Assembly: GCF_004010195.1 (NCBI RefSeq)
Contig: NC_057716.1
Coordinates: forward strand, 38,277,250 to 38,341,249
Origin: Chiloscyllium plagiosum
Taxonomy: Eukaryota
Direction: 5' to 3'
Length of the DNA stretch: 64,000 nt
Positions 51,442 through 64,000 of this stretch are shown one piece after another (the stretch's first letter is position 1; each line of letters begins with the position of its first letter). The position numbers and the translations under genes were made by a program. Below the pieces are notes generated by a model that did not search any database, had not been told where the DNA came from, and was given only the letters and a program-made list of their open reading frames with translations.

Positions 51442-53036
51442 ATGTGTTGCTGGAAAAGCGCAGCAGGTCAGGCAGCATCCAGGGAACAGGAGAATCGACG
51501 TTTTGGGCATAAGCCCTTCTTCAGGAATGAGGAAGGTTTGTCCAGCAGGCTAAGATAAAAGGTAAGGAGGAGGGACTTGGGGTAGGGGCGTCGGAAATGT
51601 GATAGGTGGAAAGAGGGCAAGGTGAGGGTGATAGGTCAGACTGGGGTGGGGGCGGAGAGGTCGGGAAGAAGATTGCAGGTTAGGAAGGCAGTGCTGAATT
51701 TGATGGATTTGACTGAGACAGGCTGGGGGGAGGGGAAATGAGGAAACTGGTGAAACCCGAGTTCATCCCTTGTGGTTGGAGGGTCCCTAGCCGGAAGATG
51801 AGGCGTTCTTCCTCCAACCATCGTTTCACTGTGGTCTGACGATGGAGGAGTCCAAAGACCTGCATATCCTTGGCGGAGTGGGAGGGGGAATTGAAATGTT
51901 GAGCCACAGGGTGGTTGGGTTGGTACAGGAGTGGTACAGATAAGATGAATAGCAGTTCTCTTTTATATAGGGTGAGTTTTCAAGACTACAGGGGATATTT
52001 TTAAAGGTGAGAGGAGGAAGAATTTTAAAAAAAGACATGAGGATTATTTTTTAGAAACAAAGAAAGAGGTTTGTGTGTGGAATGAATTTCCAGAGAAAGT
52101 GGTGGATATGGGTATTGTTACAAAGTTTAAAAGACAATTAGATAAGTACATGAATAAGAAATGTTTGGAGGGATATGAGTCAAGCGCAGGTTTAGTTTGC
52201 GATTATGGTCAACATGGACTGGTTGGACCATTGGGTCTGTTTCTATGCTGTATGACTCAATTCAAGAACTAAATCAATGTGGCTCGAGGTAAGGAGCAAT
52301 TACATCACTCAGTATAGTCTATAGGCTCCCAGCAAGTGGGAAGAATGCAGAAGAACAAATCTGCAGGGAAATTAGAAGAATGTCCGTAATATAGAGAAAT
52401 AACAATGGGGAACTTTAATTACCGAAATATAAACCAGGATACTTGAATTGTAAAGGGCAGAGGGGGGCAAGCATTCCTTAATTTCATGCAGAAGAATTTC
52501 CTACACCAATACACGTCCAGTCCAACAAAGAACATACGCTTGGACTCATCATAATAATAGAAGCAGGAGTAGGCCTTTCGGCCCATTGAGCCTGCTCTGA
52601 CATTCATTAAGATCTTGGCTGATCTATCAATCGTCTCAGCTCCTCCTACCTGCATTATCCCCATAACCCTTAATTTCCCTACCATGCAAAAACTCACCCA
52701 ACTGTGTCTTGAATATATTTAATGAAGCTGCTGTTACTGCGTCCTTGGGCAGAGAATTCCTGCAATCTTCTTCCCGCCCTCTCCGCCCCCACCCCAGTCT
52801 GACCTTTCACCCTCACCTTGACCTCTTTCCACCTATCACATTTCCGACGCCCCTCCCCCAAGTCCTTCCTCCCTACCTTTTATCTTAGCCTGCTGGACAA
52901 ACTTTCCTCATTCCTGAAGAAGGGCTTATGCCCGAAACGTCGATTCTCCTGTTCCCTGGATGCTGCCTGACCTGCTGCGCTTTTCCAGCAACACATTTCC
53001 AGCTCTGATCTCCAGCATCTGCAGACCTCACTTTCT
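51442..53036. mobile_element. Neptune-type PLE with inverted arms enclosing ~830 bp of unrelated repeat DNA
   Basis: ORF 51680-51907(-) HFNSPSHS..DMQVFGLL..RWLEEERLIFRLGTLQPQGMN (GIY-YIG C-terminus); inverted arm at 52759-53000; TSD CCTTCTTTTAGCAGGAA at 51425-51441 and 53037-53053. Confidence 0.85.
52914..52941 (+). ncRNA. Minimal hammerhead ribozyme core in the PLE terminus
   Basis: CTGAAGA-A-GGGC-TTAT-GCCC-GAAA-CGTC with intact core. Confidence 0.65.
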
Positions 53037-53129
53037 CCTTCTTTTAGCAGGAATGACCTGACAAGATATAGCAAACACAGCCAACAATATGGTTATAGGT
53101 CAGTTGGAAACCAGAGTTGTACCAGGTTG

Positions 53130-53510
53130 TTATAGAGGCATAGGGTCATACAGCACGGAGACAAACCTTTTGATCCAACCAGTCCATGCTGAACATAATC
53201 CCAAAGTAATCTAGTCCCAACTGTCTGCTCCTGGCTCTTACCCCTCCAAACCTTGCTTATTCATGCACTTACTCAAATGTCCTTTAAACATTGTAATTGT
53301 ACCCACATGCACCACTTCCCCAGGAAGTTCATTCCACACACAAATCACCCCCTGTGTAAAAGATTTGCCGCTCATGTATTTTTAAAATCTCTCTCCCCTC
53401 ACCTTAAAAATGTGCTCCCTTGCCTTGAAATCCCCAACCCTAGGGAATGGACAATTACTATTAACCCTATCGATACCCCTCGTTATTCTATGAACTTCAA
53501 GTGATCAACC
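53130..53510 (-). mobile_element. CR1 3' fragment
   Basis: CR1 tail CATAGGGTCATACAGCACGGAGACAAACC and reverse-strand FYTGG..VWNELP-like region. Confidence 0.75.
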
Positions 53511-56500
53511 TTCTGATGTGAGTTTTACTTTCAACTCTCGATGTCACCTCCTTTATCTCAGGATTTGTTGACATCAAATGCAATCTTTCACAACTGCTCA
53601 ACTCCAGCATAGCAAGAGCATTGTCTTCAGTAACACTTCAGTAACAGTTAATGCATTTTACTTTGTATCCCTCTGAATGTGGCTACTACTTGCAATCAAT
53701 TATCAATTACTTTACATTTTCCCTGGTGTTCTTCTCTCCAGTAACTCCTTTCTTTGCTCTTCCATCTTTCCTAACTAACTTGTCTTTCCACAAGCTCTGC
53801 AGCTTGTTTGGTACATGGGGCATTTTCATCTTCCTATGGACTCATGGGTCATCACAGCTTTTGTAAATCTTTCTGCCAGGTTTGAAATTTTTGCTGCTGT
53901 TTAATTGCATAAACTCTACATTTTTTCTGTTGAGATGAAGACCAGTCATTTGGGCAGTCAATATCTTCACTTATCTACTCATGCCTTTATATGCTCCTGC
54001 AGTGGCAATTGATCCTGTTAGATGTGGAGATGGGGTCATTTGGTTGAAACACATTCCGAATGCTTGACACATAACTGCTGGGACAGATATGATATTGAGG
54101 AAGTGAAGGAGCATGCAGCAATACCCTCTTGACTGATCATTGTCAGCAACTACTGCTTGGCTTTGTATCTGCACCACAAGGCAAGGCAAGACAAAAGTAC
54201 TGCAAGGCTGTAAGTTCTGAATGAGCCAGCATTGCACAAACAAAACAAGGCAAGGTAGAAATGCAGTGAGTGAGTGCTAAAAGAGCAATTGAGGCATTCA
54301 AAATGGCATTAAATTATTATTTGGATAAAGCTAATGTGTAAGCCCAAGATTGATACTAGGTAATGATGCTAATATAACAAGTTGGTTGCAGGCATGATCA
54401 GGCCAAACAGCCTCCTTCTGTAGTGTAACACTTTGATGATTCTGTGAACTCTAAGTGAGTCAGAGATGTACCATGATGATGTGCTGAGGCTTGTGCACGT
54501 CCAATGCCAACATCTTTGGATAAAAGATGAAGGCAGTCACTGCCAATGGAGCATGCACTGAGAGATTGGGGTGTGCCGTCCAAGGTGGAGACCCAGAGGA
54601 ATAAGCAGCAAGTTGCAGCCACCAGGTACCTGCTCAGTCTTACATGGCAGGAATTGTCACTATCTCATTTCTCCCCACTACCTGGGAAAACAGCAACTTG
54701 CATATTACTGAAATGATAATAAGTGATAATGAGATGCTAATACGTACAATTTTAGTGGACAGCAAAAGAAAACTTACCTTATCTCACTGTTAAAACTTGG
54801 GTGGAAAATCAAACTCTCTTTTCTCTTGACATCAGGCATCTCATTTTCCAATTCTGTCATATTTTCAAAATTGTCATTCAGGACTAGGAAGATTCTGTCC
54901 ACTGTTTTCTTTTCTCATTCTCACTGTCAAGATGGGTTCTTCTCTGTTTTCAACATGGAACTGCAGTTGCTGCTTGTGTGTTCATTCTACTAGTCCATTT
55001 ATTTCCTCCTGCAGCAATTTCCCAAGATCACTGCAATTTCCGAACCGTAATTTGATCTCATCAGCAAGTTATAAAATTGTTTTAGTGTAAGTTAATTATG
55101 TATAGCATTTGTTTAATTTGTTAAAGTTGTGAGCACGAGATGGTGTTCCTACTTTATTCCAACTATTTTTTCATTAGTTAAATAAATATAATCCACTCTG
55201 TGTAAATGTTTCTAGATTGTACCTAACATAATTTACTACAATAAAATATAACAGATATCTGACAACAGAAGATTCAAATTTAATGTTTCAGGTTGATGAC
55301 CTTTCACTACCAATTTCATGAAAGCATTATGACTAGGTGTGGAGGGGTGATCAGCGTCATTGTTTTTCCAAGCTGAATACTCTGCACCAACTTTTCCTTT
55401 CAATGGGTAACTTCCAGAGAGATGTGAATCAACCGGGAGATACAAATCTACAGTATAAGTGCCTATTTATAACAATGATAATTTCAGCTCAGACTGACTG
55501 TCCACTGATGATTCCATGAGCTTGACCGAACTTAGGTAATAAAAGGCATGCCATTTAGTACTTGTCATTTTAAAAATAATTTGCAGTCGAAACAACGTCT
55601 CCAATATTTCTGCTAAAAAATAAAAAAATGCATACTGATAGTTGCTTTTCTCTGTTATTGTAACAAAAGTTTCAATGTCAGGTGAGCAATTTGAAAGGTT
55701 AACTATGCTCCTCTCTCTACAAATGTTACAAGACCTGAGTGCTTCCGGCTTGTTCTTTAAAAACATTTCCAAAATTCACAGCAGTTGGTTTTTGTTATCA
55801 AATATGGAGATGTTCAAACACCAAAGAATTAATTGTCCCTCAATTCAAGGATGATGTCAGCTTAGGGTCATAACTCTTACCTTGGGTTTTCAAGTGACTG
55901 AACAATTTATTTCTTGATCCACAGATCTTTGCTGAACTGTGGACATAGCATTAGCCCTATCTCAAGCATAAAGTGCCAAATGTGAAATTTGGTAAAGTTT
56001 TGTCTTTTGAACCCAAGTTGAAAAATTAAATCATTATTAACAATTTTCTTCTTGCATTTGACCTTTGTACGTTATTACCCTTCTTAATCATAAATCTGTT
56101 GCACCATGTTACCTCTGGGTTTTCTAAGATCCATCATTCCTGACTGCACTTTATATCTTGTGAGATTACCTGCCATGTATATTTAGTCACTAGGTTTGAA
56201 GAAAACAACCAAGTGCACATCTTTTAGTCCAGCTTTAACATTCATGTCAGCTCAGTCCAACAAGATTAATCAATTAATATATTTCAAACTCAGATGAATC
56301 CTTTTAATTAAAACAGCCAATTTAGATAGACATTCATTAGTGACAAAATCACTGATAAACAGAAGAAACAAAGTGAAAACATTGTTAATACTTAAGGTAG
56401 CCTCATAAAATGTATTAGCCAGAGAAAATACTTTGCAAGCATTTTCCCTTGAAAGGCATCTTGTTCGAAATACATTATTCTGACACTGCCTTTGAGAATC

Positions 56501-57214
56501 AGCTGGGCATATCTGAGAACATTTTTTCATTACATCCAAAATAGGCATGTCCTTAGAGAAACTCTGTACTAGCCATTCAGCTAATAGCTATGCATTTTGT
56601 TTTCAATTGTTGGTGTGAAGATTTACTTAAAACCACACCGAGTATAATATGACTCTGTAGCATAAGAGTTAAGGTTTTCAGTTTGCAACTCTGTATGAAG
56701 AATTTCTAGTTGTAGTAAAAGATTAGTTATGATGTTTGATGCAGCAGCTCCCAATAGACCAAGTCCAACATTTTGTTTGCAAAGTCCCAATGGATGGAAT
56801 GCATTTCAGATCCCTGGAGCGACAATGGTACTATCAGTCAAAATCCAAAGCTGTTATTGTTCCTGTCACAGATGTGCTGAGATTGAGCAGCTGTAATGTC
56901 CAGGTTGCTGAGAATCATAGAACACTGTCTTTTAGGTCTCATGTTGTCTTCAAATCAAATTTGAATAGAATGTATAAATGCCTTCTTATATTGTGTTAGC
57001 ATCAAAAATTCTGAAGTGAAATAATTTGAGAAGTTTTCATTTAAGTTCTTATTTATTATTAACCCATATTACAAAATCACCAAATAATTCCAGGATTGGA
57101 ATATGTAATTGAGGCTAATGCTGTATTGCTGTATTAATATGAACATATAAACCACCATCCAGGACATGTGGCTCCCAAGCCTGATTTGCCATTTAATAAG
57201 ATCATGGCTGTAAT

Positions 57215-57682
57215 CGTGGTGCATTATCAAATGTATTATCTTTTGAATGAGGTATTAAATCAGGCCGTCTGAAGGTTAGATGTTAACTTCAATGCAAAGT
57301 AACATGAGGTGTACGAAAAATGGCTAATGCAGTATTTCTGTCCAATACTGCAAGTTAAAATCACCCGGCCCCATTCACCTCTTCAGATAGCTCAGGTGGA
57401 TGGTGCATTCCCCCCCACCCCCGCCATGACATTATTCAAAAAACAGCAGGAAGTTCTTCCAGTATTCTGACTAGCAGTTTTTCCTCAACTAATAATGCCA
57501 TAGACAGATTAAATGGTTATTTATCTTACTGTCTGTGGAATCTTCCTGTACATATCAATGTCTGCATTTTTGTGCATAAAAGTAATCACCGTACTTCAGA
57601 GCAATTCATTCTGCTTGAAGTGCTTGGAGTTGTTTCCAAAAGATATCATTACGTATTGTGTTTATATGAAATCCTCTTCTTT
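57215..57682 (+). mobile_element. Old DeuSINE (SacSINE1/AmnSINE1-like) remnant
   Basis: Degenerate Deu-domain order: GATGAGGTATTAAA..CTCAGGTGGA..CCATGACATTATT..ACAGATTAAATGGTTATT..GTACTTCAGAG, recognised from recalled consensus. Confidence 0.55.
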
Positions 57683-57946
57683 AAACTGTCCATTGTAATA
57701 GTGAGCTAAAAATTATTACATCAAACCTAATTAGAAAGTCTCAATGGAATATTTGTCTCTATAGTGAAGGAGCCAGTGGATGTAATTATTTCATGTCTAT
57801 TTTACAGATTGATAGTTTACTGTAGAATTCATTTTGAACACCGATGCAAAATCCTTCCCTTGTTTTGAAGAAGCAGAATCCATGAAAAATGGAATCAAAA
57901 GGAAGATTCAGATGATTGTTCCTGCTTTTCTAGCATCCTGCATCCA

Positions 57947-59600
57947 TAGCGAGTTTGGTGAAGATTTGTAGTTCAGGTTGAGGTTCTGGATGTAGATTTA
58001 CTCACTGAGCTAGAAGGTTCATTTCCAGACATTTATTCACCCTACTAGGTAACATCTTCAGTGGGCCTCCAGGCGAAGCACTGTTCATGATTCCTGGTTT
58101 CTATTTATATGTTTGGGTTGGTGATGTCATTTCCTGTGGTGATGTCATTCCCTGTTATTTTTCTCAGGGCGTGGTAGATGGGGTCTAACTTGATGTGTGT
58201 TCATGATTCCTGGTTTCTATTTATATGTTTGGGTTGGTGATGTCATTTCCTGTGGTGATGTCATTCCATCATTTTTCTCAGGGCGTGGTAGATGGGGTCT
58301 AACTTGATGTGTTTGTTGATATCCATCAAACATGGAATACCATGTTTCTAGGAATTCTCGTACGTGTCTCTGTTTGGCTTGTCCTGGGATTGGATGTGTT
58401 ATCCCAGTCGAAGTGGTGTCCTTCCTCATCCGTATGTAAGGCTACTAGTGAGAGTGGGTCATGTCATTTTGTGGCTAGTTGATGTTCATGTCTCCTAGTG
58501 GCTAGTTTTCTGCCTGTTTGTCCAAAGTAGTGTTTGTTACAGTTCTTGCACGGTATTTTGTAAATGACATTAGTTTTGCTTCTTGTCTGTATAGGGTCTT
58601 TCAAGTTCATTTGCTGCTGTTTTTGTGTTTTGGTGCATTTGTGGGCTACCATGATGCCAAGGGGTCTGAATAGTCTGGCAGTCATTTCTGAGATGTCTTT
58701 GATGTAGGAGAGAGTGGCTAGGGTCTCTGGATGTGTTTTGTCTACTTGTTTGGGTTTGTTGCTGAGAAATCGGCGTTCATTGGGTACCCATTCTTTTTGA
58801 ATACACGGCATAGGTGCTTTTCCTCTGCTCTGCATAGTTCCTTGGTGCTGCAGTGTGTTGAATCATTGAAATAATGTTCTGATGCAGCTTCATTTGTGTA
58901 CGTTGGGGTGATTGCTTCTGTAGTTCAATATTTGGTCCGTATGTGTTGTTTTCCTGTAGATGCTGGTTTGAAGTTGCCCATTGGCTGTTCATTCTACTGT
59001 GACATGTAGGAATGGCAGTTTGTTGTTGTTTTCCTCCTCTTTAGTGAATTATGTGCCAGTAAGGGTATTATTGATGGTCTTGAAGATTTCCTCTAATTTG
59101 TTTCGATTCATGATGACAAAGGTGTCATCCACGTAGCGGGCCCAAAGTTTAGGTTAGATGGTTGGCAGAGCTGTTTGTTCAAGTCTCTGCATTACTCTGC
59201 TAAGAACCCTGATATCGGAGATCCCATGGGTGTTCTGTTGATTTGTTTGTAGGTTTTGTTGTTGAAGGTGAAGTGTGTGGCAAGGCATAGGTCCACTAGC
59301 TTGACAATACTGTCCTTGCTGATGAAGTTAGTGGTGTTTGGTGTTTGTGTTGATTGATGTAAACAGGGTTGTTACATCAAAGGAGACCATTATTTCATCC
59401 TCTTCACTAGCTTGACAATACTGTCCTTGCTGATGAAGTTAGTGGTGTTTGGTGTTTGTGTCTTTTGGTCTTCTAATGTGTAGGCAGTGTTTCCTTGGCC
59501 AGGTTAATGTTGATTGATGTAAACAGGGTTGTTACATCAAAGGAGACCATTATTTCATCCTCTTCTATCTTAGTGTCTCACATCAATCAATATTAACCCT
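57947..59600 (-). mobile_element. Penelope/Poseidon-type PLE, 5'-truncated with internal duplications
   Basis: ORF 58464-58835 NVIYKIPCKNCNKHYFGQTGRKLATRRHEH; RT motifs RYVDDTF (~59120-59140), PMGS and VSFDVTTL on the reverse strand; degenerate hammerhead ~58025-58060. Confidence 0.9.
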
Positions 59601-59639
59601 CTGTACTGCCTCCAAGTGGTGTTTCATATGCAGATAAAC

Positions 59640-59990
59640 TGCTTCATCAGTCAAGGGAAAGGGTGCTAGGTAATAATCACCCCGTGATTTACCTGATGTC
59701 ATGAGATTTCATGGAGATTGGAGTCAATGTTTAGCCCTCCCAGGGCAACTCCCTTCCAACTGTAAGTCAATGTCCCACCATCTCTGGTCAGTCTGTCTTA
59801 CCAGGGACACCAGACATACCCATGGACGATGATGTTGGGTGTCTAAGGTATTACCTGTAATGTACAATTTTGAGAAAATGATTGACAGGCTGTTAGTCTG
59901 ATGAGTCTATAGGACAGTTCTCCCAATTTTAGCAAAAGCACCCAGACGTTAGAAAAGGGACTGTACAGAATGGGTAGGGCTGTGTGTGTC
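59640..59990 (-). mobile_element. Old LINE endonuclease fragment
   Basis: CCCAGGGCAACTCC...CAGACATACCCATGG; homologous to the 44088-44295 insert. Confidence 0.55.
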
Positions 59991-60899
59991 TTTGTCATAG
60001 TAACACTGCTGTCAATAAGGAGTCATGTGCAGGCCAGATCATATGAGGATGGCGGACTTCTGTTTCTAAAATATTAGAGAACAAGATGTTTTTGTACACT
60101 GGTTTATTTGTATATTTGTACAATACCAATTGGCAATGGTTTCACTGGAGTAGCTTTCTTTTTTTTAATTCAAAATCTTTTTATTAATTCAACTCAAATT
60201 TTCCACAATCTGCCACACTCCTGGAACTTTACAGAAGGACTTTACTTGAAAAGTCAAGCTTTGTTTTAAATCCAAGTACTTTATTTTTACTAAAATAACA
60301 AGAAAGAAAATAAGTTTCTAATATTGCATATTCTTTTAGTGATTCTAAGGTGAAATCTCAAGTGCAATTGGATCCAAACATTATCCTATCCTTCTATGAG
60401 AGAAGCAAATATCAGGGGCTGATGTTTATCAGACATCAGGTAAGTGCCATTTTCCTGAGTTTCATGGCTGGTTTTGGCCAGCCCTTGTAGATTTTCTCAC
60501 ATTATCATTCCAAATTGTTGTATTACCCAACTGCCAAGTCTCTTTCATATTCTCCCAATTACCAAAGGCGGAAGAACTAGCCATAGCCAGGATCTCCTGG
60601 GATTCATGGTGCCAGTACCATCTCTATAGTCCCACAGTGTACCAGGTCAAGTGCAGGCAGTCCAGAGCTGTACTGCATAGTGAATGGCAAATGCCCCAGA
60701 CACGTTGAACAGTAAAAATTGGCACCTCACTTTGTTGATGGGAACCTGCTGATCCCTGTGGATGGGCTTTAGCAAGATGGGAGTGTATGTAGTGACTGTC
60801 CTGAAATTGGGTGACTGCTATTCAAGGTGGAGGGCTGGAGGAGAAAGCAGCAAGCTTGAGTCACCAGGAAACAGCTCTGATTTTCATGTCAGGAATTCA

Positions 60900-61110
60900 T
60901 GACCACAACATCATTCTTGACTGTACACTGACCTACAGCCAACATGCCTTGACCACCAAAAGCAATGTTAAGTCAACAGTGAATCTCATAAGGAACTTAA
61001 TGGGTACCACTTGGGGCAGCAGAGCACACAGAACTTGCATTGCCTCACTCGTCCTAGTCTACTCAACAGTGAAGGATTATTGCTCAACTAGGCTGAGGAC
61101 ATACCCCACA
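60900..61110 (+). mobile_element. Vingi/Ingi-like LINE RT remnant
   Basis: ORF 60811-61143 ILDCTLTYSQH...NLIRNLMGTTWGS...SLVLVYSTVKDYCS matches the recalled LDRTL..H...NL..KL.GTTWG...AL.YS..EYC motif. Confidence 0.6.
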
Positions 61111-63947
61111 AAATATAATCCAACTTTTGGCATAAGCTTGTGAATTTTTGAGTTGTATTCACAAATTTTCTAAAAGTTGAAAGGAAGTGTTAGGATTTGT
61201 TTGTTTTACTATCATTTATAGTTCATTACAATAGTTCATTACAATAAACTAAAACTTCAGTAAGTGACAATTTTTCTCACAATTGCCACATAATTCTAGG
61301 TCAACAAATGACCTAGCAAGCTGTAGTTTGTTGTCCCAATATGATATACTGAAGCAAGCAAGGACTTATAAGTTAATTGTCCATTAAAGCACTTCTTGCT
61401 TTTTGACATTTTAACAAAATATTTGAACTAGTATTCTAGAGGGGTTAGCTCCAGGGAAAATTGCCAAACTTAGTTCAGCAATTGTTCATCTTTGTGTTGA
61501 CAAGAGAATCCCTGAACGTGAAGGAAACATACCATCATCTCAGATGGTTTAAATGCTTTCAGACAGGAAGCAGCAGCAATCCAAGCAGGTCAAAAGAAAG
61601 CTGCCTGAAATGCTGTGAATTGTACACCAATTACTTTCCCGAGTTCACAAGAGAGTTGGTGTGATGAAGAATTAATAAATCTATTGTCATGTTCTATTTC
61701 TCCAAAGAAATAGCAAGTGAAATATTCTCCTTTTCCTGCCATTTCCACATTTTGCATTGCAGCATGATCAATCAACTTACGATTACCCAGAAAGCTTTGA
61801 TGTTTTCACTTTCCTGAACTACATTACAATGAATTAATATTTCATATAGATTCTAGTGGTTCTTCTGTGAATTGAACTTAGCAAATATTTCCAATGTGTA
61901 GTTTTACCATGCCTACCAGCAAAAAATTAATATTTTTCATAGATTCTGCTATTTAGATTTTAATTTCTCCTCAGCCCACATTGCATTCATTAGTAAAGAA
62001 AGGAGGTAGTAAACTTTTAGTAGTCCCTTGTCAACTGATTTCTAGAGCTTGCCACTGGGATAGTACCCTGGTGAATTTGGCAGTATCGCATCAAGTCAGG
62101 ACAGAAAGTCACTACAAGGGGAACTGCAACTCTGCTTGTGGATTCTGCAAGCCACACTGACTTCTATGAAGCATTCATGATCACTTCTCTTTTTGATTTT
62201 TCTCATGTTTAGCTGTTTTTCTTTGGTCCCTTATTCACAACCATGCCACAAGTACTTCATCTAGAGTTAAAATTAATTACTATCATTGAAGATGTTATCT
62301 TCTTTTAATTGTCAGTCATGAGTCATGATAATAATCTCACCTCCTGAGTCAGAAAGCTGTGGATTCAACACAGACTGGACGCACCCTGAATATGTGCAAT
62401 TCAGTGACTGAATCCAGCAATGACGTTGTAATTGCAGTGAAAAACAGAAATTTATAAACTTGACAATAGACTTAATGCTCAACCATCAAATACATGAGGA
62501 GCTTCTATCAATGTAAATAACTCCATGCTGCTAATAGAATTAAAAAGAAATCAGGTCAAGTATTGAGTTAAATTATTTTTGACCAAAACAGCAAAAACAG
62601 GATCATCTTATTTCAGGAAGAATCTGATTCATGTGCAAAAACACAAATTGATGTTGTTTGCCTTTAGTTACTTACTGCCTAGAAGCTCCTTCAAAGTGTT
62701 TTTTTTAATATAAAAAGAAGGCATTTGTCCTGTGGAACATCAACCGTTTACAGAAAGCTAGATGGAGAAAGAAAGCTCATCACTAAATCCCAGAATTGTC
62801 ACAGTACAGAAGGAGGTCATTTGATCCACAGTAAAGATAGAGGTAGAGAGACTGCCAGGCCAATTTATCTTACTAACTGGCATGCTGCTTTGTTTATTTT
62901 TGGTGGCAGCTTTCTCTACTCAAAACATTACCTTCTTACATAGACATAAATAATGTTTGCCCTCTGGTACCTTGGCCAGGTGACCATTACTTAGGTACCA
63001 GACTTGATAGTGAGTGTCGGCAAAGTACTGAATTACGTAAGATATCAGCGTGAAACCCAAATCTTCTTTTCATCTGACTTCTATACAAGTAACTTAGGAC
63101 AATGCTGGAGGCATTGTTTTGCATTAAGGAGTAAGATGACAATTTCTCTTCCATTGCTCAGAGACTATTTGGTCAACTGGACAGCTCCTGACACCATTCA
63201 AATGAGATGAACCAGCTCAGCATGGAACAGGCAGCAAACCTCACTGAATGACTCAAATAATGCTGAGATAAATTTGCTGTGCCTCTAAGGGAAACTTTAA
63301 TTAGGCCAATAAACATGCATTGTCAACTGAATTTCTCCATCAATACAATTGAGATTTCCAACAAAAACTATATTTAAAAAGAATACACCTGAAATTCGGA
63401 TGGAGCTCTACCAGGCTACCTATGGAACTATTAGCAAAATGTTATAAATGATTACTGCAGCCTTTTTCCCTGGTAGTGCTGCCAGTTCCCTGATAGAAAC
63501 ATCAAAGAATTTGAAAGGTTTTAATTTTTATCTATTTATATATCAAAAATTTGCAAGAAAGATTTGTCAGGTTTTTAAAAAAGATTTATCACTGAAATTG
63601 AACAGTGGAACAAGAGAACCTATAAAGAAATTCCAGATTAATATGTCATTCAAATCTAACATGCGTATTTCCTTTCTGCTCCACATAATCATATTGTCAG
63701 ACACTTGCTTCAACTTTCTCCCTTTTTTTTTGCCATTTCCCAGATTTAAAAAGCTGCTAGTTCCTATCTAGTCCATAAAGTTTACACTGTACCAACAAAA
63801 ATCACAGTTAGTTCTGAATCTGCTAATCATTTTCCAAAACTGCAAAATATAATTAGATGTATTCATTCGTTTGGATAGTGAAATAGCAACATTTTTAAGA
63901 GAATTATTACTGCACCTTATTTAATGTTTGAACCTTCCTCATTATAA

Positions 63948-64000
63948 GGGAATGTGATGGTCTAGTGGTATTATCACTGGACTGTTAATCCAGAGATCCA
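63948..64000 (+). mobile_element. Head of SINE family B (cut by the window end)
   Basis: GTGATGGTCTAGTGGTATTATCACTGGACTGTTAATCCAGAG tRNA-like head. Confidence 0.6.

Overview
Repeat-rich vertebrate intronic DNA, almost certainly from a shark or other elasmobranch (inferred from HE1-type V-SINEs and the CR1 and Penelope families present). The only host-gene sequence I can support is one 144-bp minus-strand coding exon (32600-32743) encoding the C2H2 zinc finger of ZNF804A (exon 2 equivalent). The rest appears to be the two flanking introns, filled with CR1/L2 LINE fragments, tRNA-derived SINEs, Penelope-like elements (PLEs) with hammerhead-ribozyme cores, Gypsy/LTR remnants, a Tc1/pogo-type MITE and a 985-bp N gap. 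The most unusual structure is 25851-28163: a ~210-bp solo LTR (TG...CA, ATGAG target-site duplication) whose TATA box has been hit repeatedly by a Tx1-like (L1-group) retrotransposon. It now holds a head-to-tail stack of 5'-truncated copies separated by the re-duplicated target ATAAACAGGGCTGT, with alternative 3' ends and apparently 3'-transduced LTR pieces. Also notable are fold-back and DNA-capturing PLE insertions bounded by clear TSDs. Boundaries of old repeats are approximate and family names come from recognition, not database searches.
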